A stretch of 52,288 nucleotides of DNA, counting the filler, from Catajapyx aquilonaris (lineage: Eukaryota), in the NCBI GenBank assembly GCA_000934665.2. It is 2 parts of 2 records of this genome, joined end to end, with 100 filler letters (N's around TTAATTAATTAA, not from the genome) between each part and the next. Parts side by side here need not be neighbours in the genome. Positions count along the whole stretch, not along the records: positions 1 to 26,108 come from JYFJ02005251.1; 1 more part is not named here. One strand, written 5' to 3'. The first letter of the stretch is position 1. Each line of letters opens with the position of its first letter. The position numbers were made by a program, and so were the translations under genes. This document shows, in pieces, positions 1-10,084 of this stretch. The notes below the pieces were generated by a model, which saw only the letters and a list, made by a program, of their open reading frames with translations, ran no database searches and was not told where the DNA came from.

Positions 1-97
1 AGCTGTTATTATTTGCAAAATATCTTGTCCGTATCTTCGGAGTACGCGTAAGCCAAAAACTGTGTGGTTCGGGCCGATCTGGGGCCGAAGGGGTTAA

Positions 98-288
98 TCA
101 TTGCCTTTGCTGTGATGGATTTTGATAGTGGGAGGAAACGGGAGAACCCCGAGAAAACCCACGCGAACACGGAGAGAACCCATCGAAACTCTATCCACAT
201 AAGTATCCTCTGACCGATCCGGGGATCGAACTCGGGACCTTAGAGGTGGAAGGCTGCGGCGCTAACCACTCCGCCACCGTGTTGCCCC
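98..288 (-). mobile_element. tRNA-derived SINE with V-domain-like core (3' truncated)
   Basis: The minus strand has an A-box (TGGCGGAGTGG) and B-box (GAGTTCGATCC), followed by GTTCTCTCCGTGTTCGCGTGGGTTTTCTCGGGGTTCTCCCGTTTCCTCCCAC (128-180), which matches the V-SINE core as recalled. A short copy of the head is near 49847-49868. Confidence 0.75.
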
Positions 289-368
289 CAATAATTTTTA
301 TTGGACATTGTTCCTAAAAATATTAGATCAAAAAGTGAAACTCAGTTTTTAAATATCCGTCCCTCAAG

Positions 369-666
369 ACCGAAGCAGTTTGGTGGAGTGGATAAGGTGT
401 TCGACTGCTAATCAGGAGGTCCTGGGTTTGAGTCCCGGGGCCGGCAATCCTAAACGTGGTTTTCTGTGGTTTCCCACGGCCCCCCACGAGAATTCCGGGA
501 CTACTTCCTAAATAATTAGGCCACAGCCGCTTCCTTCCATCCCTATCCTATCCCAAAAAGCAAAGTAAAAATGAAAGCAAAGAGTTCCAGTCAAAACAAA
601 ATTGGGATGAACTCCACTAAAGAGCCTCCGGCTGATAACGGGGTATGAATTATTATTATTATTATT
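369..666 (+). mobile_element. tRNA-derived SINE family A, copy 1 (full length)
   Basis: tRNA-like head (GCT anticodon-like loop, degenerate B-box GGTTTGAGTCC), (TTA)n tail and an exact 16-bp TSD ATATCCGTCCCTCAAG (353-368, 667-682). Homologous to 37433-37735. Confidence 0.92.
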
Positions 667-885
667 ATATCCGTCCCTCAAGTAGTGAAAATCTGGGCTC
701 AAAAGTCTAGAATTTGCCATTTTTTTGCACTTGAAATGGCCATAGCAGGCACTAAACAGCTGCTGGAATTTTCATATTAATTTTTTAGACACTAGTTGAT
801 GATGACCAAGTTTTTGAGTCCCATCTTGTTCAACAATGATAATTTTGTTAAAATATTAATATTGTTATCGTATTGCCTCACTTAA

Positions 886-1623
886 AGCGACATGCCGGTG
901 TAGTCGAGGTCGACCAGTTTTTAGAAATGCACGATCTGGTGGCTATACCGGCATGGCGGTCTAAGCGAGGCATGCCAGTATAAGGCAAGGTTTTCTTAAG
1001 CACAGCATTATCATGATCTCTGTTACTACTCAAATGAACGCATTACACCATTTTCTACAGTGCGGATCCAGCCCAGGACACTTCCATTGCCTGACACATC
1101 GCATAAGATCACTCGTTAAGTTCTCTCTCTGCAACATTTTCAATTAAAAGTGCAAGACTGCATGGAGGGAAGCATAACCTACTATAACAGGATATTTCAT
1201 ACATTGCGATTGGATTTTAGCTGAGTAATGAGGCTTCTCAGACAAATTGACACCACTACATAGAGAGATCCTACGATTGTCAACAAGATCTGCGACCAGC
1301 GAACTATTGAGCAAAAGGAAGGACTGAAGGAATTTATTGCCTCTATCATTTGTAATGCTTCCCCTCTGAGAGCCGGCTGAATGTGGGATTGGTCACACTC
1401 CATGCCCTGCGCAACAGGTGAACTTGCCTAGTCTCACAGCCCTGTAGGCCTGTACTCAGACATTTTTCACTGTAACATTATTTTAGTACAGTACCATATG
1501 CATTCCAAAAAATTAAGACAAGGATCAAAATTATGGAAATCTGCCTCAGGTATTGCAGCATGCTGGCCACCCCCGGGTTATACCGGCATGCTGGTCGACC
1601 TCGTTTTATACCGGCATGCTGCT
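886..1623. mobile_element. Non-autonomous TIR element, Kolobok-like
   Basis: TTAA on both sides (882-885, 1624-1627). Imperfect ~32-bp TIRs AGCGACATGCCGGTGTAGTCGAGGTCGACCAG / AGCAGCATGCCGGTATAAAACGAGGTCGACCAG. AG...CT termini with a TTAA TSD fit Kolobok. Confidence 0.65.
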
Positions 1624-1635
1624 TTAAGGCCCCTA

Positions 1636-1749
1636 GTCTGGTGACCCAAGGTAAGCTTGCCCGAGGGCTATCACCATGGCAACATATGTAAAAGGATAGC
1701 AGTAAACAACCAGTTACCCATGGGGGCAAGCTACCCGGGGTCACCAGAC
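1636..1749. mobile_element. Small fold-back MITE with TA TSD
   Basis: TA|GTCTGGTGACCC...GGGTCACCAGAC|TA, with arms extending to AGCTTGCCC/GGGCAAGCT. Confidence 0.75.
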
Positions 1750-3487
1750 TATATACATAAGTGAGGTAATACGGTATTTTGAGTTCCTTCAATTAGTACA
1801 GTAGATGTGCAGCAATGTTGTGTATTAATTCGTTCCAATATAGCAATTGCGGCGCTCAGAGGAAAAACGGAATATCCCAACCTACCTCCGATTTTGAGAT
1901 TGTAGTGCTTTGTACTCTCCTGCCATCTACCTTTCATGTGCTGAAGTCCCAAATGAATTGGGATATGCCAAAGCTCACATATTCCACTTGTAAAATTGGT
2001 CCGCAATGGAAAATCCTATTATCTTGCAACACAAAAAGCCGTTTATCTCAAAATGAACTCTGGTTGGAATATGCCGTTTTCCCTCAGAGCACCTCAATTA
2101 TTCTTGTTTGCTTGTAAAAAAACATCTGAAAATGTAGGCCTATCACAATCTCACCCCGTTTGACTGGTATATTATACATTACCAGTATGCTCATTCTGTC
2201 TATTAACTTTACAGAAGGAATGGATGAGGGAGGGGGCGGCAGATGACCAACTGCTAAAAAGTATAAATACGGCCCTGCTAACACCGAATCATTCTGCCTC
2301 CCAATAGGTTCTAACTTTGGCAGATTTTACCAGGCATTCGATTGCAATAGCAACAATAAAAATCTTAACAAAATTGAACTCACTGTCAGTCCTATAGTGT
2401 TGTACAACTAAACAAAATTTTAAGAAGAAAGCATAGTGTGATAATTACCACCATTTATTGTTCTGGAACATACAGTAGGCCTACCAATATTCAAGGGACT
2501 TGGATATTTTAAGTTCACGTTTCAAGGCACGTTTCAACCCAGTTATAATAAAATATATGGTAGTAATTACCCACTTTAAAAACATGTCTATTCGTACGTA
2601 CTTGAAAACCTTTTGAAGCGACTCTGACGCCATATTATCTCCTTCCCGATCTTCTTCGAATCTTCGTTCAAGTGCTAATCCTGCTCACTCAGCATCTACA
2701 TGAAAGAAGAACCTGTCACACGACTTCGCATGCCCCTATATCTTTTTTTTTTATCTGGTACCGGCCGGCGCGGCGGCCACGTCTGGCAACTCCGCCCCCT
2801 AAATGCATGGGCTTGGGGATAGTGTCGGTCCGTCGGTCGTGGTGTCGGTTCTGACTAGCGGATATCAGCTCCTGTCACCAATTCAATCGAAGGTCCCCTT
2901 TCGATGGTTGTCGGACCTAGGATACAAAATTGTCACCATTTTTCACATAATAATCATAACTTCAACCCGCTTCAACCTGTACAGTACTGTACTTCGGAAA
3001 GGAGTTATTTACACTTTTCAGCTACACATAAACTTCAGCGCATGCCTGCAGCACAGCTATTGGTCGGTAATGTATTGCCCTTTAATTTGATTGGCCAGTG
3101 ACAGCGATCGTCATTTACGTTCACGTTGCCATCTGTCGGGTACTGATGGTAGCGTACACTGCAGCTATTTTGAAATAGCAGTTATACAGTGCAGCTGATC
3201 AGAACTTATTAGCTTCATAATAACAGCTACTTTAATGTTTTCAATCGTCGGTTTAATCGCCCATCTACCGAAATTATTATTATTTTGATATATTTGCCGA
3301 ACCTCCCTGCCTGTAGGCGGTAAAGGCCTGCTCCGGCCTGCTCTGAAAGGTTTACATGTGGTTTTGGTTTACACCAAATTCTGGCTGCGCAATTGGCTAA
3401 TATTCATAGAAAATATTATAAAGTGCTATCTATCACTAGCTATACAGGTATAACTGCTACGCTACACACGACGGTGAGCCAAAACGC

Positions 3488-3498
3488 CTTCCCTTTCC
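3488..3498 (+). promoter_or_regulatory. TCT core promoter / 5'TOP tract of RpS3A
   Basis: CTTCCCTTTCC contains YYCTTTYY (3491-3498), ~65 nt upstream of the ATG. This motif is typical of metazoan ribosomal protein genes. Confidence 0.7.
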
Positions 3499-3557
3499 GT
3501 AGTCGGCGCTGGGGCGAGCAGTGTGGCTGTGTGATCTACCTTCGTTGCGTGTAAAAC

Positions 3558-3619
3558 ATGGCCGTCGGAAAGAGCAAAGGACCTAAGCGCGGAGGAAAGA
3601 AGGGTGCTAAGAAGAAGAT
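3558..3619 (+). CDS. RpS3A: RpS3A coding exon 1
   Basis: AAACATGG start, [20 protein letters not shown](I), donor GTAAGT at 3620. Confidence 0.96.
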
Positions 3620-6600
3620 GTAAGTACTTATTCCATGATTCCGTCAGTGCCAAATTCTGCACATGGTTCTACCCTACCCGTGCATCTACCTGGATGGGTG
3701 CGAGCAAGTGGAGAAGGGGCCGATGTGGTCGGATTTTGAGACGGCCTCGGAAACTTCCTCGTGGCATTTTTAAAGCTGGCATGCTCCATATCCCAGTGTT
3801 GGTCACCTTTTCCTGCGCTGAGAGCGACAAAATGAGAGCTAGCGTGGGTGTCATCATTTTTGACAGATTTGCCAGTTTGAGGCACACAGTTTCGGCCGAT
3901 TACTCCAAGCCCTCCATAATACTTCACACGAGGCACCAATGTTGATGGCAGAAACTGCATTGCAATTATATGGTAGAATATTGCTTCCTGTCGAAACATG
4001 AAACTGGAAAGATAGGACTCATCCGCACTGGGATAAAAAAACACCCCCAATTAGGTCATACTATCTTTTTGGAGTTGATTGTTACAATGATGGTTTTCTC
4101 CACAGCATTGACCCGTTCACCCGTAAGGACTGGTATGATGTCAAGGCTCCATCCATGTTCAAGGTCCGCCAGATCGGCAAGACCCTTGTCAACCGAACGC
4201 AGGGAACAAGTGAGCATCTGCATTAATTTATTTTGTCGTTATGTATATTTTGGTGCTGAGAATTGCCAGAAATCTGCAACCATTAGTGATACGAAGACTG
4301 CATTAGGGCTTGGTCCCTAGCCCAAGAAGTGTGCAAGTAAATAATGATGTTGAGCAAAACAATGAAACTGATACATGACAATTGAGCTTCAAACACTTGT
4401 ATTAACATAATGAAGTTAGGTTTGCTGCTACATGCCAAGTGTGTACACACTATAATGGACATGCATGAACTTATTTATCAGCTATAGTTATGCTTGATAT
4501 CAATGAGAAAATGAAACTGGGGGTCGAAGATTGCAGTAGTTATAGAATGGGGCACAACAAGCTACAAAAAAATAAATTAAGATTTTAAACTTGCAAAAAC
4601 AAATACAAAGTTTTTAAATATGGCACAAGTGTCATTATTGCTTAGTTTAATGTTATGATTCCTATTTTGCTAACCTTACTATCAATTACATTTTTATGTC
4701 TACGGTTACTATTTGATATTATCATGCTTGGCCATGGTTTCTCAACTTTTACCCTTGCAGAACCCTTAAAATAATAATGGATTCTCAGGGAACCCCTACA
4801 TAAAAATTATTAAGTAATGACTTTTTTTTAAACATTTACTACGTATGTGATTAGCCTATTCATCACTATTTCTCGTGGAATACCTGTTGAGAAACCTTGT
4901 GCTAGACCCTCACTGTTTAAATCTTGTCTCTAGATACCATGTTACAGAAGTGCAAATTGGTCACCTTAAGCCATGTCAACATGGAGAAATTATGTTGATG
5001 CTACCAGAAGTTCTCCATGTTGATGTACAATTACAATGCCAATTTGTATTTTGTTTGTGGGTAATAATGGGCATGCGAACCACAAAGTTTCGACTGCTGG
5101 AGTATACAATAGTTTACAGGAAAGAGGAAAAGCTTTGGTGGTTGACACTATGACTCCAAGCAAATTCATAATTAAAGTGTTTCAATTTTTATTGGAGAGG
5201 CTGATGTGGTGTTTTGTCACAAATCGCAAGGAAGGGGTAGAGGTACAAAATTGTGTGCAGGTGATAGAAACTGAAATACATTAGTACATCACAGTGCAAT
5301 ATGTAAATACCTGATTGCTGAAGGCCTAGACCTGTCGTGTTACCATCACTTGCACAGCATTTTCTGCCTGTACCTTTGACTTAATTTGTGACTCATTCAT
5401 TCTCCTTGGCTTAATACTTATCATTGACACAGGGTGGTTGGGAGTGGCAAGCAAAAGTGATGTTGGTGTTCCAACACAAATCAATACATCACAATGCCGA
5501 CTGTTATTGTTTGAATTTTTTGTGCATTGGAGCAGAGTCATTGTTAGTTTTGCGTTGCATTCATTGGTACACTAATGGAAAAGATGAAAAAAAAAAAGGA
5601 AAAGAAGAAGAGAAGTCTTGTACTATCAGTCCACCGAGAATTGTCACAGCGGCAGCGCATGAACTACAATCTACGAGCACTTCTCCATTGACTTCTCCCC
5701 CCGGAAGTGCTCGTAACTGTAGTTTGTGCGCTGCCGCTGCGACAATTCTTGGTGGACTGATAGTACCCCTGTAAGCAGGCACAGGTGGAAGCATGCACGA
5801 ATCAGTTTGTACTCACCCATGCTTCCAACTGTGCCCCCATTGCCGCTGCTTGCAGGGGTACAATACTATTTTTTCCACTAGTACTTATAAAGTGAATTGT
5901 GATTTTTGTTCTGGCCTGAGAGTGCATATTGCTTAGTTGTTTGCCTTATTTCTTTTCAAATGCCATCAGCCTGCCTGCACATTTCCATAATTTTGCTTTA
6001 GCTTATTTTTTAAAACCAAGCAGTATGTCTTGGGCGTATGATCCTGTATCCCTGACACCGTGTTTAATACAAGTGTTTGTCAATGGATGATAATTCACTC
6101 TCCCTTTTTTGACAGAGATTGCTTCGGAGGGCCTGAAGGGTCGTGTGTTTGAGGTGTCACTTGCTGACCTCCAGAGTGACAATGATGCTGAGCGTTCTTT
6201 CCGGAAGTTCCGCCTGGTGGCAGAGGAGGTGCAGGGCCACAATGTGCTGACAAACTTCCATGGGATGGACCTGACAACTGACAAGCTGAGGAGTATTGTC
6301 AAGAAGTGGCAGACCTTGATTGAGGCCCATGTAGATGTCAAGACCACTGATGGTTATCTCCTGAGGATCTTCTGCATTGGTTTCACAAGGAGGGATCAGT
6401 ACTCACAAAAGAAGACCTGCTATGCACAGCACAATCAGGTCAGAGTCAGGTGCAGTTTTGGCCATTGGATTGGCTAAAATTTTACTACAGGGTCATGCAG
6501 TTGTGATTTGTAAATTACAGTGAGACCTCAATTCATTTTGTTAGGATTCCTAGAAAACCCATTGGATACAGGAAGACAATAAATGCAGGAATGATAGATC

Positions 6601-9005
6601 AAAGATTCACTGTATTTGGAGCCAAGAAATTTAAGGGTCACTTGCACCAGTGCAAGATTCAGGTGCAGGCATGGTCTACCTGTCATTGTTAGTTCATTGT
6701 TGGCCACAATAATTAATAACAATGATAGACCCAGCCCCCCCGCAACTCCCTATCTAGCCATATTGGGAAGGCCATGCGCTTAGCGAGTCCCCTATCCCCG
6801 GATGTGGAGCCCTGTACCAAATCGCATTCGGGCGGACGACTTCTGAACTGGACTGGACTGGACTTACCTAAAGCGTCAAATCCCATTCAGTTCCAGTTTG
6901 CAGATCCACAGCACCAGCCACCCGAATGCAATTTTGTACAGGGCTCCACATCCAGGTATGCATGCTTGACTCCGAGAAAGGAGAGGGAGTTGCGGGGGCG
7001 TGGACAGACCCATGCCTGTACTCGCATCTTGGACTGGTGCAAGTGGCCCTAAGAAGGCTCTCAAACTGGCTAGCATGAGATAATGATCTCTGTAATACAG
7101 GCAGAATAGGCAAACCTCATGACTCAGAGGTCTCAGACAAACCCAATTTTAGAGTGACAATCAAGTTCTATATCATGAGACAAACTGACCAAGTTAGTCT
7201 CATCAGCATTTAACTAGATTATTAAGAGCAACCTCCACCATACGTTATTGGGTTCCACAGCCTGGGAATGGAATGGATCTCTTTGACCATTGAATAATTT
7301 GCGGAAGATGTTACATGTTTCACTTGTCTCCTCAGAAGGTCACATCAAATAATGAGGCCAACAATTTCATGTACTAATTTCTGGATGTGCTTCTTCCACA
7401 GGTGAAACAGATCCGCCGCAAGATGGTGGAGCTCATCACCCGTGAGATCTCTACCAATGACCTCCGTGAAGTGGTTAATAAGCTTATCCCAGACTCCATT
7501 GCAAAGGACATTGAGAAGAGCTGCCAAAGCATCTTCCCCATGCACAACGTCTACATCCGCAAGGTAGTTTTTTTTACCCTTTCCAATCATTGAAAGCATT
7601 TTAAAAATTAACTTTTGTCATTCTAAAACCAAGAAAATTGCTGGTTGTGCTGATGTGACTTATACTACAAATTGGCCCATTGTTGATTCTTTCTCCCCCT
7701 CCCCTGTAATATGAAAATGTGACTTAGGTTTTTGCCTAATTACAGTAGATCCCCAATTGAGAATCTGGACTTCGCAATTTTATTCAACATCAGTGCTGTA
7801 GACACCCTTAGGAAGATGTGATTTTTATCTGGTGATGATGCATATTGTTCACTAAGGCCGGAATCGTGGAGGCTCGCGTAAGTCTGCACGGGCATAAATT
7901 GTGACGTAACTCCCATACGGACGACGGACGCCACCGTGGTGAAAAGTTACGGGAGGCGCGCGATTGAAATCATCCTGTACGTAAATCTCGAGATTCCATA
8001 GGACTTATGGGAGTGTTGGCCCTGGGCTTTTTCAGGCCCCCAGGGAGTTCTGGTGGGGCAGGGTTTGCTTCAGGTTGCGGGGGAGTGCCCGGGGGGGGCT
8101 TGGGGCGGCCCGGGGGCCTTTTCGGATGTGACTTCCGTCAGGTCGGATTTTACATCGCCTCACCAGCCAAATGCAATGAAATCGTGTGGAGTGAGGACCG
8201 GGACGGATCGTGGCTGTGGGCGGCCCCGGGGCCACTTTGAATGTGCGTTCTCAGTTCTGTAATGTCGGATTTATCATCACATCCCCAACCGAATGCAATG
8301 CAATGGTGTGGGGTGCACCCAGGGGCAGCCCGAGGGCCAGTTTGGATGCTCATTGTATAGTCGGGAAGGATATGCACCGCCCGCCGGCCACATGGTTCAC
8401 ATTGCGCACCTAGGGCCCTACGCCGATGATTGCCACCCTACCCCCCAACCCGACAGAGAAACCCCCACCCCCACCCTTGCCCCCACCACACACCCCACAC
8501 GCAAGAAGCTAGCTGTTCCGGGATTGGCTGTTAGAGCCCATTGTGTCACGGATACCAGGCTTTGCAAGTGATATCTGGGGGTTGCGGGGGGGGTTGGTCC
8601 GGCCGATTAAAGAGCCGATATGCTAGTTCACCACGATGGACTTCTCCTTTAGATATAAGGCTCCTTCACCGGCCGCCATGTTTACAGGCGTCACGTGAAT
8701 TGCAGGGGCATACATGTTGGAGACACCGCGATTCCGGCCTAAAATTGACATTAATTGAGTTGTGGTGTGTGAATTACAGATTTCCCATTGTGTGGTGTCC
8801 TTTCATGTGCCCAAAAATCAAACTGCAAAGGACTGATAATTTTTTGGGGTTCCAGGTGAAGGTTCTGAAGAAGCCCAAGTTTGAGCTTTCCAAGCTGCTT
8901 GAGATCCATGGTGAGGGTAAGGGAGGAGAAGGTGCCACTGAGGAGACGGGTGCAGCTGTGGATAGGCCAGAGGGGTATGAGCCTCCGGTGCAAGAGTCAG
9001 TATGA
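3558..9005 (+). CDS. RpS3A: 40S ribosomal protein S3a (eS1), complete 5-exon gene, 266 aa
   Basis: Join 3558-3619, 4106-4209, 6116-6438, 7402-7563, 8856-9005 = 801 nt with all GT-AG introns and consistent phases (2,1,0,0). Protein MAVGK...[14 protein letters not shown]...[14 protein letters not shown]...[14 protein letters not shown]...KVLKKPKF...YEPPVQESV. Confidence 0.98.
4106..4209 (+). CDS. RpS3A: RpS3A coding exon 2
   Basis: Acceptor [46 protein letters not shown], donor GTGAGC. Confidence 0.97.
4733..4899. mobile_element. hAT (Charlie-like) MITE in RpS3A intron 2
   Basis: TIRs CATGGTTTCTCAAC / GTTGAGAAACCTTG; degenerate 8-bp TSD TGCTTGGC / TGCTAGAC. Confidence 0.7.
5623..5763. mobile_element. 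141-bp fold-back MITE, copy 1 (intron 2)
   Basis: Near-perfect hairpin CTATCAGTCCACC...GGTGGACTGATAG with TA TSD; nearly identical copy at 41557-41697. Confidence 0.9.
5766..5858. mobile_element. Second fold-back MITE abutting the first
   Basis: TA|CCCCTGTAAGCAG...CTGCTTGCAGGGG|TA, with inner arms GGCACAGGTGGAAGCATG / CATGCTTCCAACTGTGCC. Confidence 0.75.
6116..6438 (+). CDS. RpS3A: RpS3A coding exon 3
   Basis: Acceptor CCCTTTTTTGACAG, (K)[18 protein letters not shown]...[10 protein letters not shown], donor GTCAGA. Confidence 0.97.
6726..7007. mobile_element. Fold-back MITE in RpS3A intron 3
   Basis: Nested inverted arms CCCCCGCAACTCCCT / AGGGAGTTGCGGGGG and GGATGTGGAGCCCTGTACCAAATCGCATTCGGG / CCCGAATGCAATTTTGTACAGGGCTCCACATCC; ends decayed. 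Confidence 0.7.
7402..7563 (+). CDS. RpS3A: RpS3A coding exon 4
   Basis: Acceptor [66 protein letters not shown], donor GTAGTT. Confidence 0.97.
7856..8739. mobile_element. PIF/Harbinger-like non-autonomous element in RpS3A intron 4
   Basis: TIR GGCCGGAATCG(T/C)GG at both ends, 3-bp TAA TSD (7853-7855, 8740-8742), GC-rich interior with an internal direct repeat. Confidence 0.8.
8856..9005 (+). CDS. RpS3A: RpS3A coding exon 5 (terminal)
   Basis: Acceptor [27 protein letters not shown]...[13 protein letters not shown] followed by TGA. Confidence 0.97.
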   Translation: MKVLKKPKFELSKLLEIHGEGKGGEGATEETGAAVDRPEGYEPPVQESV

Positions 9006-9028
9006 GATGAGTGTAAAACTGACTGGCC

Positions 9029-9034
9029 AATAAA
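9029..9034 (+). terminator. Polyadenylation signal of RpS3A
   Basis: AATAAA 23 nt after the stop codon, followed by a GT/T-rich stretch. Confidence 0.75.
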
Positions 9035-9983
9035 CCTGGAACTTTAAAATTGGAGGTTGTTATTATTTCATCCACTGCAGGTCAGTTGCACAAAACAAGA
9101 AAAGAACTACTGCACTTTTTGAGAGCCGTTTGTTAGGCTGGGTGCAAAAGGGCAACTTGGAGGAGATATCCAATTATCGGGTTCCCCCACGAGAGGGCAG
9201 ATGTGTTGCGGCCATATGCATTCTGAATTCCCCGAAGTTTCTTGCATGCAAGAAACCAGTCAACTTGTGGGTGGAACTTTGTGGTGCATGCACTGTTTCC
9301 ATCCCAGTGGTGTTGTGTAGGCAAGAAGTTCTTCCTGAATTCCCCATTTGCGCCGGGCCTTACACTACAGCCGAGTCTCCCATTACCCCAATACTCCTGT
9401 TATCCATCTTGGTTTCCAACACAAGTGTCTAATTTTCAGTGCTGTTAACTTGCATGGTTACCAGCGCTGGATTTTCCCATTAGGCAACTGCCTAAGGGTA
9501 GCCACCCACCAGGAACGGGCTGGGCCATAATGTGCAATAGATAATTTTTTTGAAAGAAAATAAAATGAAACAAAGATAATGCAAGAAAAAATGGAATTTT
9601 AAAGCTGGTGTGACACCAGGGTAATGCTACTCATGGGGATTCCTCCCCCCAAAAACAGGAAAGCTGGTGAAGCAAAAGTTGCAAAATTGGTCAGTGCAAA
9701 TGTCCCAATAGATTATTAAAAAAGCTGGATTGTGACTGCAGTGTTTTGTTTAGTTCGTTTCGATATGAGCTTCATTTGTCGCTTGGCAGATAAAAATGGC
9801 GGTAATTGGTGTTGTGCTTAACCTGCTCAATGATAACTGGAGTTACCATTGTAATCCTATCTCGTAGGTGCTGGAGATGATGGGTCTTTACACTACACAC
9901 ATTGTTCTTGATCATTCACATAAAAAGTCGCTTCTTCCATGAAACAAACCTGCTGTAGGAAAGTACCTTTGTTCAGCCTCCCA

Positions 9984-10082
9984 GTGTGCCAAGTCTTGAA
10001 TAAGAAGTTTCCCTATGCTTAGCACCCCTAGAAGCCCTGATCTTACCCCGATTGACTTTTTGGGGAGATACATGTAAAGTGA
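9984..10082 (+). pseudogene. Tc1/mariner transposase fragment
   Basis: Frameshifted VCQVLNKKFP...PRSPDLTPIDFL-GRYM, resembling the WPPRSPDLTPxDFFLWGY motif. Confidence 0.6.
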
Positions 10083-10084
10083 AG

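Noticed and set aside
369..445. tRNA-Ser(GCT)-like genes here and at the other A/B-box heads (~215-288, 16830-16897, 20185-20259, 37310-37510)
   Set aside because: Each continues into a SINE body, mostly with a tail and TSD, and lacks a proper acceptor stem; these are SINE heads, not tRNA genes.
3885..3900. GTTTCGGCC in intron 1 as a SNORD73-like guide (vertebrate RPS3A hosts U73)
   Set aside because: No flanking C box or D/D' box.
6545..6582. ATTCCTA and AAACCCAT resembling U17/snR30 m1/m2 motifs
   Set aside because: The motifs are adjacent, with no intervening distal stem, and are imperfect; likely chance.
8007..8571. Multiple overlapping GC-rich ORFs in intron 4
   Set aside because: They lie inside a non-autonomous TIR element; open frames are explained by GC content.
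7832..8836. C/D snoRNA (GTGATGA...CTGA) split by the Harbinger-like element
   Set aside because: No terminal stem or recognisable guide. The CTGA lies ~20 nt from the acceptor and is more likely the branch-point region.
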